This document shows, piece after piece, positions 1-11,209 of a stretch of DNA of 64,000 nt. A model generated the notes under the pieces. The model saw only the letters and a program-made list of their open reading frames with translations, had not been told where the DNA came from and did not search any database. A program made the translations under genes and the position numbers. How positions within the stretch are numbered: position 1 is the stretch's first letter; every line of letters begins with the position of its first letter. Where the stretch lies: assembly GCA_002269645.1 (NCBI GenBank), contig NIVC01000629.1, positions 62,001-126,000 on the forward strand, in the 5' to 3' direction. The stretch is from Macrostomum lignano. Lineage: Eukaryota.

Positions 1-195
1 GTTTGACACTTATTGATTGATTGACGAATCGATGGCTGGACAGATAAATAAATACACTGATATCCATTGGTTAACTGTACTAATTCAAAATTGCACATCA
101 GTTTATGATACATATTTAATATTGCAGACGAATAAGATTGATTGACAGGCAGGCAGACAGAGACAAAGAGACAGCTTGGCAGGCAGGCATGCAGC

Positions 196-201
196 AGACA
201 T

Positions 202-272
<71 letters not shown>

Positions 273-359
273 GGCAGACAGACAGACAGACAGGCAGACA
301 GACAGGCAGACAGACAGACAGACAGACAGGCAGACAGACAGACAGACATACAGACAGAC

Positions 360-412
<53 letters not shown>

Positions 413-539
413 GGCAGACAGACAGGCAGACAGACAGGCAGACAGACAGACAGGCAGACAGACAGGCAGACAGACAGACAGACTGGCAGACAGACAGGCA
501 GACAGACAGACAGACAGGCAGGCAGACAGACAGACAGGC

Positions 540-572
<33 letters not shown>
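196..572. repeat. (CAGA)n microsatellite in PGM2 intron
   Basis: Near-perfect GACA/GGCA tetramers; source of the RQTD and SVCL repeat ORFs. Confidence 0.97.
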
Positions 573-573
<1 letters not shown>

Positions 574-602
574 CTAACCCAGAAAGCGACTAAATCTTGC
601 AG

Positions 603-2003
603 GCCCTGGCGCGTGTTCACCGGCAACGAGACGGCCGCCCTGCTGGGCTGGTGGTGCCTGACGTCATTCAAGCGGCGGCACCCGCAAATGCCAGCCGAAT
701 CGCAGCACATGCTGTTCAGCACGGTGTCATCTCGCATTCTGGCCGCCCTGGCCAGACGGGAAGGCGCCCAGGTGCACGAGACGCTCACCGGGTTTAAGTA
801 CATGGGCAACGAGGCGCACAGGCTGCTGGGAGCCGGCCAGCAGGTTGTGTTCGCCTTCGAGGAGGCCATCGGTTTCATGTGCGGCTCCGCCGTGCTGGAC
901 AAAGACGGAGTCAGCGCCGCAGCCGTCTGCGCGGAGTTGGTGAGCTTTGTTTCTCTAAGTCTTTGTTAGGTTTTTGATGCATACAGATTTTCTGTGCTAT
1001 CTCAAGATGATATTCAATAGGTCTCTGTATCTGAAGGTGTCATTTCATATATATATAATATTATCGTTTTGTTAGCTTAAGGTAAAATTTTGAAGTTTTG
1101 CTATCTCACTGTGAGATTTTGGAGTTTTGCTATCTCAGTGTAAGATTTTAGAGTTTTTTATCTTGGAGTGAGATCTGATAGGTTTGTCATCTCAAGGTAA
1201 GATTTCATAGTCTTCTGCTAGATCTCATGCTGAGGTTTCATAAGCTTCTGCTAGATTTCATGCTGAGATTTCATAATCTTCTGCTATATCTCATGCTGAG
1301 ATTTCATAATCTTCTGTTATAACTCATGCTGAGATTTCATAAGCTTCTGCTAGATCTCATGCTGAGATTTCATGCTGAGATTAAGAATTCATGAGGCTAC
1401 CTCACAGAGAAGAATTCGATGATTAAAAACCAGCTCAGCACTAAAAGCCCAGAGCTTCATTCGGCCATCCGCCAACTGCAGGTAAATCGAGTCTACTCGG
1501 AGGGCAAAACCCTGGCGGCAAAGCTGGCCGAAATCTACGCCGAATACGGCTGGCACGTGACCAACAATGGCTATTTCTTTGCGCACGACCCAACGGAGAC
1601 CAAGGCAATGTTTGCCGCTATGCGGGACCCGGCCTACCCTACCCAGCTGCCTGGCATTGATCACGCCGATCCGCCCAAAGCCTACGATGTACTTTCTGTA
1701 CGCGACGTGTCGCTCGGTTTCGATTCCGGCCAACCGGACAGGCGCTGCGTTTTCCCGGCAAGCTCTGGCGGCGAGATGCTCACCCTGGTCTGCCGGCCAG
1801 TTGGCGTCACCGACGGTGCAACGGCCACGGTGACTCTGCGTACTAGCGGCACAGAGCCGAAGCTCAAATGGTACTCGGAGATTGTCGGCTCCCCTGGCTG
1901 CGGTCCGGAGCCGCTGAGGCACCAGTTGGATCATCTCATTCGCTGTGTGCATCAGCACCTGGTGCGGCCGGAGCTGCACGGATTCAAACGGATGGACCAG
2001 TAG
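603..2003 (+). CDS. PGM2: Phosphoglucomutase-2 / phosphopentomutase, last two exons (603-939, 1482-2003); 5' part lies left of the window
   Basis: Translation WRVFTGNE..TLTGFKYMGN..FAFEEAIGFMC..DKDGVSAA..EL|VNRVYSEGKTLAAKLAEIYAEYG..RTSGTEPKLKWYSE is collinear with the PGM2 family as I recall it. Acceptor tcttgcag 601-602, donor gtgagc 940, acceptor ctgcag 1480-1481; phase 0 join; stop TAG 2001-2003. Confidence 0.93.
1205..1381. repeat. Imperfect 33-bp tandem repeat in PGM2 intron
   Basis: Unit about CTTCTGCTAGATCTCATGCTGAGATTTCATAAG, about 5 copies. Confidence 0.85.
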
Positions 2004-2069
2004 GGAGAGGGGATAGGTTAGTATGTATTTGACTGTCGGCTTATGTGCCTAATTGTGAAGGCTACTGAA

Positions 2070-2608
2070 TGTAACAGGTGTGGTCAAATCCCCTGTGTAA
2101 CAGGTGTGTCAAATCCCCTGTGTAACAGGTGTGTCAAATCCCCTGTGTAACAGGTGTGTCAAATCCCCTGTGTAACAGGTGTGTCAAATCCCCTGTGTAA
2201 CAGGTGTGTCAAATCCCCTGTGTAACAGGTGTGTCAAATCCCCTGTGTAACAGGTGTGTCAAATCCCCTGTGTAACAGGTGTGTCAAATCCCCTGTGTAA
2301 CAGCTGTGTCAAATCCCCTGTGTAACAGGTGTGTCAAATCCCCTGTGTAACAGGTGTGTCAAATCCCCTGTGTAACAGGTGTGGTCAAATCCCCTGTGTA
2401 ACAGGTGTGTCAAATCCCCTGTGTAACAGTTGTGTCAAATCCCCTGTGTAACAGTTGTGATCAAATCCCCTGTGTAACAGGTGTGTCAAATCCCCTGTGT
2501 AACAGTTGTGTCAAATCCCCTGTGTAACAGTTGTGATCAAATCCCCTGTGTAACAGTTGTGTCAAATCCCCTGTGTAACAGGTGTGTCAAATCCCCTGTG
2601 TAACAGGT
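2070..2608. repeat. 25-bp minisatellite
   Basis: TGTAACAGGTGTGTCAAATCCCCTG, about 21 copies, starting about 70 bp after the PGM2 stop. Confidence 0.95.
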
Positions 2609-3397
2609 GCTTGCCTCTAAATACCTATCTATGAACAAGACGAGCGAGTTGCAGTGACATGTTTTGGAATTAAAAACTATATGCAATAACAATAATAATG
2701 ACTCGGAAGTGAATTAGCTACTTCTCTGGGATAAAAGTTGCTGTTACTTGTATTATTTTCTATAAATCATGGCGCTTACTTTCATTATCAAATTTCCAAC
2801 TAAGAAGTCTGCTTCATTAACATTTTTTTACATTTTCTTCGTCTATTGCTTGATCTGAGATTTCATCTATTAGAGATTGTAATTGATTTTTTGATCAGGT
2901 AGGTAATTAGGTATTTTTGATTGCTTCAATTTTTTACTCATAATACGATAAATTCGATTTTACTTCGATCATTTGTCTTTACGCTCCATCGTGTCAATTC
3001 AAACTATTGGCATTATTATAAATAATAAATACACTGATTATTGCATTATTCATTCATGCTACACTAAACAGTTGACTAAGTAAGCGTCTATGGTTCAGCT
3101 TACAAACTTTGTGAAACTCGGCAATACACACGGTTAATTTAAGCTATAGTTAATTTTGAAAAGATCTGAGCCATCGAGAGAAGATAAACTAAGAGCCACT
3201 AAAAATATAGCACATAAGTCAGCTGGAAGACAAGTCAACAATTCAATGTACATCTCGTTGAATCAGCAGTGCTACTCGGAGAAAGATCTAGAGCGACTGT
3301 CAAGGTTAAAGTTGATTTTCTATTTAATACTTTTCAGTTCTGAAGGAGTGAAGCCTTTTCAAGATTAACTTCTCCTTTGGTGTCCTTTTAAGTCCCT

Positions 3398-3871
3398 CAC
3401 TGGGCACCGGGAACCTCTCCATTTGGTAGTCGTAGTACACTGGGCACCGTGAACCTCTCCAATCGGTAGTTCACTGGGCACCGTGAACCTCTCCAATCGG
3501 TAGTTCACTGGGCACCGTGAACCTCTCCAATCGGTAGTTCACTGGGCACTGGGAACCTCTCCAATCGGTAGTTCACTGGGCACCGTGAACCTCTCCAATC
3601 GGTAGTTCACTGGGCACCGTGAACCTCTCCAATCGGTAGTTCACTGGGCACCGTGAACCTCTCCAATCGGTAGTTCACTGGGCACCGTGAACCTCTCCAA
3701 TCGGTAGTTCACTGGGCACTGGGAACCTCTCCAATCGGTAGTTCACTAGGCACCGTGAACCTCTCCAATCGGTAGTTCACTGGGCACTGGGAACCTCTCC
3801 AATCGGTAGTTCACTGGGCACTGGGAACCTCTCCAATCGGTAGTACACTGGGCACCGTGAACCTCTCCATC
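3398..3871. repeat. 34-bp minisatellite
   Basis: CACTGGGCACCGTGAACCTCTCCAATCGGTAGTT, about 14 copies. Confidence 0.95.
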
Positions 3872-4121
3872 TACATGTAGTTTTCCATACTGATAGATTC
3901 TGATTCAGAGGAAGCTGAAGTTCGAGTACTAGGATGAAGGCGCTTGCGATGCCCAAGTGAAATACCTAATGGAGTCATGCCTAAAAATGAAACTTGTGTG
4001 GGCACCGCCAATTCCTCTTTCAACTGATACTGCCGCGTACATATTTCACTGGTGTACAATTAACGGTAAAGTAAAATTTTAACCTTGAATTTGAACTCGT
4101 GAACTCACCACTAATCTTCAG

Positions 4122-6777
4122 GCCTCAAGCCAGCTGGCAGCAGCGGTTTATCCAGCTGCAGAGCGGCGACAATCAGAATGCCATCTGCTGCGGCGGCAAG
4201 GCCGTGGAGCAGAGCTGCAGCATCTCGACCGACCCGATGCACGGTACGGTGCCACTGCAGCTGCTTCCGCCAACCGGTGGCATCGACAAGCTAACCCAGA
4301 TGCGCCTAATCAGCGAGGACCCGGAGGTGCGCAAGGTTCGCTTAACAAGCGGCGTCAAGTGCAAGAGCCTGTTGAACGACGCGCTGGCCGAGCCGCTGCC
4401 GCCGAGGATTCGCCGGCCGGGCGAAGGCAAATTGCATTCGCGGAGAAAGTCGGAAAGAAAGCTGATTAAAACATGGCAACCGCCGTTGAACCGCACGAAG
4501 AAGCAGAAGGACCTTGACAAGAGCCTGGACCACTTGCCGTTCTTTGGCAGTTGTCGCTACGATAGAATGAAGTTACTGAAACAAGTTACGGAAGTGCGAC
4601 CGCTGCGCGGCATGATCAACTACGGCCGGTACTACATAGAAAAGGACTGGAAGAACTACATTGACCCGCGCACGGACCCGGACACTCTGCTGAATTTGCT
4701 AGTGCTGGACAGTCGAAAGCGGAGAAAGTTTCGATCAAGCGGGCCAGTGTATCGCATTGTTGAGCTGTTCATGGAGAAGGTGTTCGACTGGAGTTTATCG
4801 AAGGAGATGCTGGACAGAAATGTGTCGTCAAAGAAATCGAGCATCGCGCTGCTCTGGCTGGGACCCTGTCTGGCTAAGAAGATGCTCAACGAGCTCTGCA
4901 TAGTCAACGACCCGAGCAGGTCCTACATGCTAGCCGGCACTCGGTCCGTTGACGAAGATTTCTACTTGATCAATCGACTAGCCATTGACGTCTTCTTCAG
5001 CGATAAGGAGGCTTTCTACTACATGCTGAAGGGCTACGTACTCAGCCCGTCTCTCACCTGCAAGACCCAGCCTAGTGAGATGCGATTTTGTGGCGACAAC
5101 GCCAACGTATCGTGCTTAGATCTCGAAGCGAATCGCTCCGTAACCAGGCGAATTTGCGTCCACCAGAACTTGTCGCTTTCTCTGAAGCCTTGCTTGGTGC
5201 CGAACTGTCCTAACTATAAGCTTCCTGTGTGCGAGCACCTGTACGCATTCATACCGGAGACTATTACTATCAACTCTTACGTCTCTATGTTGCACTTTAT
5301 TGAACGCTTCCACCGTGTCGAAGATCTAAAAGGTACCATCTTCATCACTAAGCCTGCTTATCTTTGCAACGGTCGCGGTATCAACTTCCTAGTTGATGTC
5401 AAACAGTTTGAGTGCTTCTATCACATGCTGGATGGAAAATCAACCAGCAGGCACGGCGTTATACTGCAGCGGTACATCGAGTGCCCAAGACTGTTTGACC
5501 ACAGCAAATTCACTATTCGATTCTTCCTACTGATTATCGTGCTGCCAAGGCGCCGCGTCATCGGTTTTATTCATTACGGATTGGCCATATTCTGCCTTTT
5601 GCCCTACCAGCAGGTCAGTCAGTTTATTTTTCCAGCTGGCCTCCTCGGCTAGCGTTTGATTTTTCTATCGAGCCGAGCCATTTTAAACTTACTTTTCAGG
5701 CTGTTTTAGTGTCATACCTTCCATGCCTTATGGTTGCTTCAGCGACTTGGCTTCCATGCTTTGCATATTGTTTTATTCACGTGGCTTTCATGCCTTGTAG
5801 GTTGTTTCAATCACGTGGCTTCCATACTTTGGCGAGCAGTCCGTTTTGCAGATTTATAAAGTTATTCGAAGGCGCTTACTCGTAGCACCCATTTGTGTGA
5901 TTTAATTTTCATTTCAAACAATCAGGTGAATCGCGAGGACTTCCCGCCCGAGGAGGAGGCGCTGGAGGGCAAAGAGCCGAACCTGAAAATCCCGATCGCC
6001 AACCGGACTGTCGGACGCGTCCTGACCGAGCGGTTTAGCCGACAATCGCATTTGTCGAACTATCGCGACCCGAACGTCCTGACTATGATCAAGGAAGAAA
6101 TTAAATATGGCCGGGCATCCATGATGGAGATGGACGAAGACAATGTTTTCTACATTGAGGATGTCCTGCCAGCTAAATGCCTGAACTCCAAGTCTATTTA
6201 CATACAGATGCTGTTCGCCTCCCAGTGCATCATGGACTACATGCAGCCGGTTGTTCAAGACTATCCCGGAACGTTCCAGACTGTGTCCATTGACTCGCTG
6301 GTTGACGCGCGCAACAAACTGTGGATTCTAGAGGCTGGCACAAAGATCTTCTCCGGACTGTTGACCGTGGCACCCAGGCAGCGGCAAATAATGTCCAGCA
6401 TCATTCAGGAGTCTTTAGGCATCACAGTGGAGTGCTTCTACAAGAGCCTAATGGGCCTGCCGCTCTACTGGGACTACAACAATGCTTGCGAAGATTACGA
6501 CGCTTTCTACTTCGCCCAGGACTTCAACTTTTTCTACGAGACCGACGTCAATAAGCAGACTAGCGAGCCCGAGGTGCAGAGGCAGCTCAGAGCGCCGAGG
6601 CTGCCGCCGCCGCCGCCGCCAGGCAAGAAACTGGAGGATCGATACCGCGAAGTCGACGACATGCGACAGCTGGCGCGCCGTCGAAAGCTGGAGAATGCCC
6701 GGCGCAAACGGGAAGTTGTTGCCCAGAGGCTGGCCTACATCAACCGGCTGAAGCAGAAGACTTCAGAGGAGTCTTAG
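4122..6777 (+). CDS. Divergent tubulin-tyrosine-ligase-like (TTLL, closest to TTLL10 type) protein; exons 4122-5613 and 5926-6777; 5' end uncertain (first in-frame ATG 4237)
   Basis: ATP-grasp motifs FITKPAYLCNGRGI, VILQRYIECPRLFDHSKFTIRFF, HLSN, FQTVSIDSLVD, WILE. Donor cag|gtcagt 5614 and acceptor atcag|gtg 5925 join in phase 0. Probable upstream acceptor ctaatcttcag at 4120-4121. Confidence 0.8.
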
Positions 6778-7324
6778 ATGGGATCCCTGCATTTGGCTCA
6801 TTGCTGGTTTTTTCTTTCTATAAGTTGCAATAATTTCTTTACAATGACATTTCACAATCTGGACAGACGGTCGGTCTTAACACTTATTGTATTTGTACGA
6901 ATTTGCCAGAGCGGTTTTTTAATACTTTTTAAATAATCGGCGTCATCGGTATACTTTCGTAAATACAAATTTGTCTAATCGTTAACTTTTGACTCTTATT
7001 TTTCTGGATACGGCAGACTATACAATGGATGGCTGTTAGCAGTAGAGCTAATGGGTTCCATTGTCTGCATCTGTTGCTTAAATTAGCCTACTGAGCAACG
7101 CTAATGTACAGACAAAGTACCGGTTTTCCATGGAATTCTCCGCGGAAAAACCTGTAGCTAAAATTAACTATTACGCAGAGAATTCATTCGATGAGTTTTC
7201 AAATGAAAATATTTAATTTTTAGAACTCGATAATCTCTTGATAAATCGGTGAAAATATCTCGGTGAATATTTATTTATTTTCTCGGTGAAAATATTTTTT
7301 ATACATTTTTATGATAAGTATTTA

Positions 7325-7960
7325 TTACGAGCGCTCGGAGATCTCATTGTGAGGTACAAAAGCCGGTGAAAAATGTTGGATACGATCATTGTCACCGTCT
7401 TCTGGCTCAGAATCTGATGCCGACTCTCCCAGATGGCGCTCCGATTCATCGTTCTCCTGCAAAGCATTGCTGAACTCCAGTTGCGCTGTAGCTTTAGCAC
7501 TGCTGTCTCTGTCAAGTAGTGGAGGTTGGACTCCTTCGGTATTCCGCGAACGCTTTCTCCATAGCCATAGGCCAATGCATGCTATTATAAGCAAGGCGAT
7601 TGAGCAGCCTAGGACAGTCAGTACAATGTGAAGCGGCGATACAGCGGTCTCCGGTTGAGCATAGCTTTGAAGCGGTAAGCTCGGCGTTCGAGTTATTCCC
7701 CGTTTGATATGGTCGACATTCGTAGCTCTGCAGTAGCCGCACTCGCGCTGTCGTTCACAGAAATCCCGGTAGAAGCCGCCAGAGATTCCAGTCTTCTGAT
7801 AGTCGTAGCACTGCTCAGGGCACGGCTGGCAGAGTCCAATCTCTGTTAAATACTGTCCAGCATTGCAGATGATGTCTGTGTCAGTGTGGCACACTGGCTT
7901 TCCTAACACTATTGGATAGAAGAGAATGCAAAGAAGTGTGACTGCATAATAGCACGCCAT
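7325..7960 (-). CDS. TNF-receptor-superfamily-like type I membrane protein, 211 aa, intronless, one Cys-rich domain
   Basis: ATG 7960; signal peptide MACYYAVTLLCILFYPIVLG; 8 extracellular Cys including CNAGQY..CQPC (TNFR A1-type CxxGxY pattern); TM IVLTVLGCSIALLIIACIGLWLW followed by RKR; acidic tail; TAA 7325-7327. Confidence 0.7.
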   Translation of the reverse strand: MACYYAVTLLCILFYPIVLGKPVCHTDTDIICNAGQYLTEIGLCQPCPEQCYDYQKTGISGGFYRDFCERQRECGYCRATNVDHIKRGITRTPSLPLQSYAQPETAVSPLHIVLTVLGCSIALLIIACIGLWLWRKRSRNTEGVQPPLLDRDSSAKATAQLEFSNALQENDESERHLGESASDSEPEDGDNDRIQHFSPAFVPHNEISERS

Positions 7961-8532
7961 GCTTCTACGAGATGTTAACACAGAGAGTCTTAAACGAAAC
8001 AATAAACGAGCAAGCCTAGAGGAGTCGGTTTTCTATGCAAGTCTCTCATTAAAACCTAATAGTTTGGCCGGTCCCCGGCACTCCCCAGTGTCTTCCACGG
8101 CAAGGCCGTGGATTTTCACCATCAACGAGATGACTGGTTAGAATTCTAGTTTTTTTACTGTTTTTTCTCCTTTTGTTTTTCTAGCACATTTTGTTTGGGC
8201 ACATACACGGTGAGGCGAATGTCTGATACACTTCTGCAGACGATTCGAAAAGGTCTGGTACAACGTCTTTCGAACTTCTGAATGTATCTTCTGGGAAACT
8301 GTCTGGGAAAAATAATATCTTTGCAGACAAAAAATCTTTTTCACGATTTATCCAATGTCTGGTACACGAACTCAAAAAAAGAGTGATACACCGTTCAATC
8401 AATGTACGGAAATGCCGGATGCACAATTTGTAGAGTTTTTTATTTCAACAGCATGTCGCCTAGCTGTCAACGCATTTTAAACACGATTTTTCGTGTCAAG
8501 AGAGTCAAGCTGGCAAGGCAAACCATATCAGA

Positions 8533-8718
8533 TCACTGCGTGAAGAACACAAAACACGAACAGGTGAAAATGACACTCAAACAGCAGGCAATGAGATAGC
8601 CGGCTCCCAGCGGACTCTCCGTGAGCAGCAGGACTGTGGAAGCAACAACGGAGCAGATTGCCAGTAGGAAGAGGATCACGGCTAGTAGGAAAGCAGTGGG
8701 GCTGCTGTGCCATGCCAT
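8533..8718 (-). CDS. Possible 61-aa small membrane protein with two hydrophobic segments
   Basis: ATG-to-stop ORF in a GC-richer island; no recognisable homology. Confidence 0.25.
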   Translation of the reverse strand: MAWHSSPTAFLLAVILFLLAICSVVASTVLLLTESPLGAGYLIACCLSVIFTCSCFVFFTQ

Positions 8719-10799
8719 GGAACTCCGTTATGAATGCAGCGACTGTGGGATACAAGGTTTTCATAGAAACTTAACAATAGTTTGTAGAAATGTAGATCTT
8801 TCTCCTTTGTCGCTTAAATTAGTAGTTTAAATTCGTGCCAAAAAAGAAACACATTGTTATAAAACCATTTGGCTGAAGATAAGAATTGCACCTGCTGCGC
8901 TTATTAGGTATTTGAATGAATTACATTGTAGTTCGAATTAAACTAACATTTCAGATTTCACAGGAACTTACCAAAAAATGCAATCAGTTTATTCAGCTCC
9001 GAATGCAATCCGCAAAACACTACGAAAAACCGTTTTCATCTATAATTATCTGTAAAATAGATAGATCTGGCACATAGACAAGTAAGTCATTTTTAAAATT
9101 AGTGCGTCAAGAAAACTTTAACAGAAATATTGCTCTTGGAATTTGCAGTGTATATGTTACTTTTAGTAGCAAAAAGAGATCAGTTTATGATTTCTGGAAG
9201 TTGATTAATATTTAATTTCGGCTATGGAATGATTTAGGAATGCTGTACAGTTAGCATGTAAGCATGCTAGTATAGAGTTTTTTTCAAGATTTAAACATCC
9301 AACGCAGAAAGTTCCTACTTAAGGCAATTGGATTTTTCTGCTTTGAATATTCGAATAGTTTTTTTGGTTTTGAAAATTCTCATTTTTAAAGGCTATTAGA
9401 AGATTAGAAGTTGATAGTTGACTCGATGGTATCAATATATAAAAACATTTTGATACTATACCAATATTGAGAAGCACGCAAAGATCCATATCAGTTGCAG
9501 CAACTGTCGAAGAAAAAATTAACTACAGGAAAAAATTTTCCAACTCAAATAAAACTGTGGGAACTCTCAATACGAGGTCAGCTTTTGTAGCCTCTCCAAA
9601 GAGACACATGTTATGTAATTCAAAACTGACTCTATAGGTGAAGCACCCCAGTGAAGCATGCATATCCATACAGTATGTTTGAATCCTGCCATGAATTGCG
9701 CAATCGGTTTGCTTAATATTGCTTTGTCTCAGACTCAAACTTGGCTCGTATATCATATCAGCTAAAGAGAGTATGCTGCTTGTTTGAGCTCTGAGTCATA
9801 ACAGCAGACTGCATTGGTCTTTTCATAAAAGTTTGCCGACTGCCAACATTGGAAAATAAGCAGTACAATTTAACGAATTGTAATCAGTAATGACCACGTA
9901 GAGCTAAATTAATAATAAAAATGTTTTTTTGTCATTGATTTTGTTATTATGCGTCAATGACTACTGTAAAAGTTTAACTTAGACATCCAGAAACCAGCTA
10001 TGTGATCAAATTTTCCCAGATCTCAGCCCCAAGTGCCGCATTTCCCGCCACTCCTGCGGTTCTCGTCTCAGCTCTTGGGTGATACTATTTATTAATGAAT
10101 TAAAGCTGTTGACAACTGCAAAATTTAACATGCTGTTGAGCGTACGGAGCTTAACACTTAGTCCTGCTCGTGCAAGTCTTTCATTTCCGTAGGATTCCCC
10201 GAGAGATCAACTTTGGGAATTGGGACCTTCTTGGTTAGTACGCTCGTAAATGGCCGGTGTTGCCATGCAGGGCATGCAAGCCATGCTGCATATGGTTCAG
10301 TTTATATGCTTGAATAGACAGAGAGGTAAAGTCTGAATGCCAATAGAGATTAAAGTGGTCAGGCGTCAGTCAGTCGCGACAAGTTCGGACCAGAAGACAG
10401 ACGTGCAGTGGTGGATTTGCAGGGCAATGCAGCGAATGATGAGACACTTTTTCAATCTGTCATCGTTGCAGGGTTGCAAGCTGGCAAGTCTGCAAGTTGT
10501 AGACAGTGCATGGGGTGGGGTGTGTTAGCAGTAGGCTCACAATTCCACCAAGTTGCTAGGAAGGTATACAATCTCTGTGAGTATTTAAACATGCAGAATT
10601 TACACGCAGCACGCATAGAGGCACTCATATGACCGGCGGGATTCTTCAGAAAGCAGATTCAGGTCTACAATTATTGCCAGACGGACGTTAAGCAGCCCCC
10701 AGCGTAAAATTAAGTCGATTGAGTAGATCTACCGAGATGTCTATAGTTTCTACACTATATTTTGGTAATTTAAATTTCAAACGTAAGGAAAAATAAGGC

Positions 10800-11209
10800 A
10801 AAGCCTCTGTCCGGCCCTCGGATCCTTTGAAACTTCAAAACAGCGATCCGGCAGCTCAATGTCTATATCTCTTCTCAGCGCTCTTCTCTCTATCCTCCTC
10901 TCTTGCTCTCTTCTCCTCTCCTCTCTTCTCTTCTCTCTCCGTTCCTCCCCTCTCCTCTCTTCTGTCTCTCCTCGCCTCTCCTCTTTCCTCTCTTCTCTCC
11001 TCTCTTCTCTCTTTTCTCTTCTCTCTTTTCTTCTCTCCTCTCTCGTCTCCTCTCTTCTCCTTTATTTTCTCGCCTCTCCTTTCTCCTATCTTCCTTCTTT
11101 CTTCTCTATTCCCTCTCTTCTCTCCCCTCATCCGGGCCGCAGTCATGCCCGCAGTCATGCCCTAGTTTCTGCATCTGGCCCTTGAGGTAAAAAAGTTTGC
11201 CGACCCCTG
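10800..11209. mobile_element. Non-autonomous hAT/Charlie-like element end, with an internal CT-rich tract (10868-11130)
   Basis: Ends ..TGGCCCTTGAGGTAAAAAAGTTTGCCGACCCCTG (reverse complement CAGGGGTCGGCAAACTTTTT, a Charlie-type terminus). A related copy at about 12763-12914 shares AAGCCTCT..CCGGCCC..GAAACTT and TCTGGCCCTCGAGAAAAAAAGTTTCCAACCCC. Left terminus not found. Confidence 0.4.

Noticed and set aside
103-577. RQTD / SVCL repeat ORFs (also 51044-51626)
   Set aside because: Translations of (GACA)n microsatellites inside introns with clear flanking splice sites.
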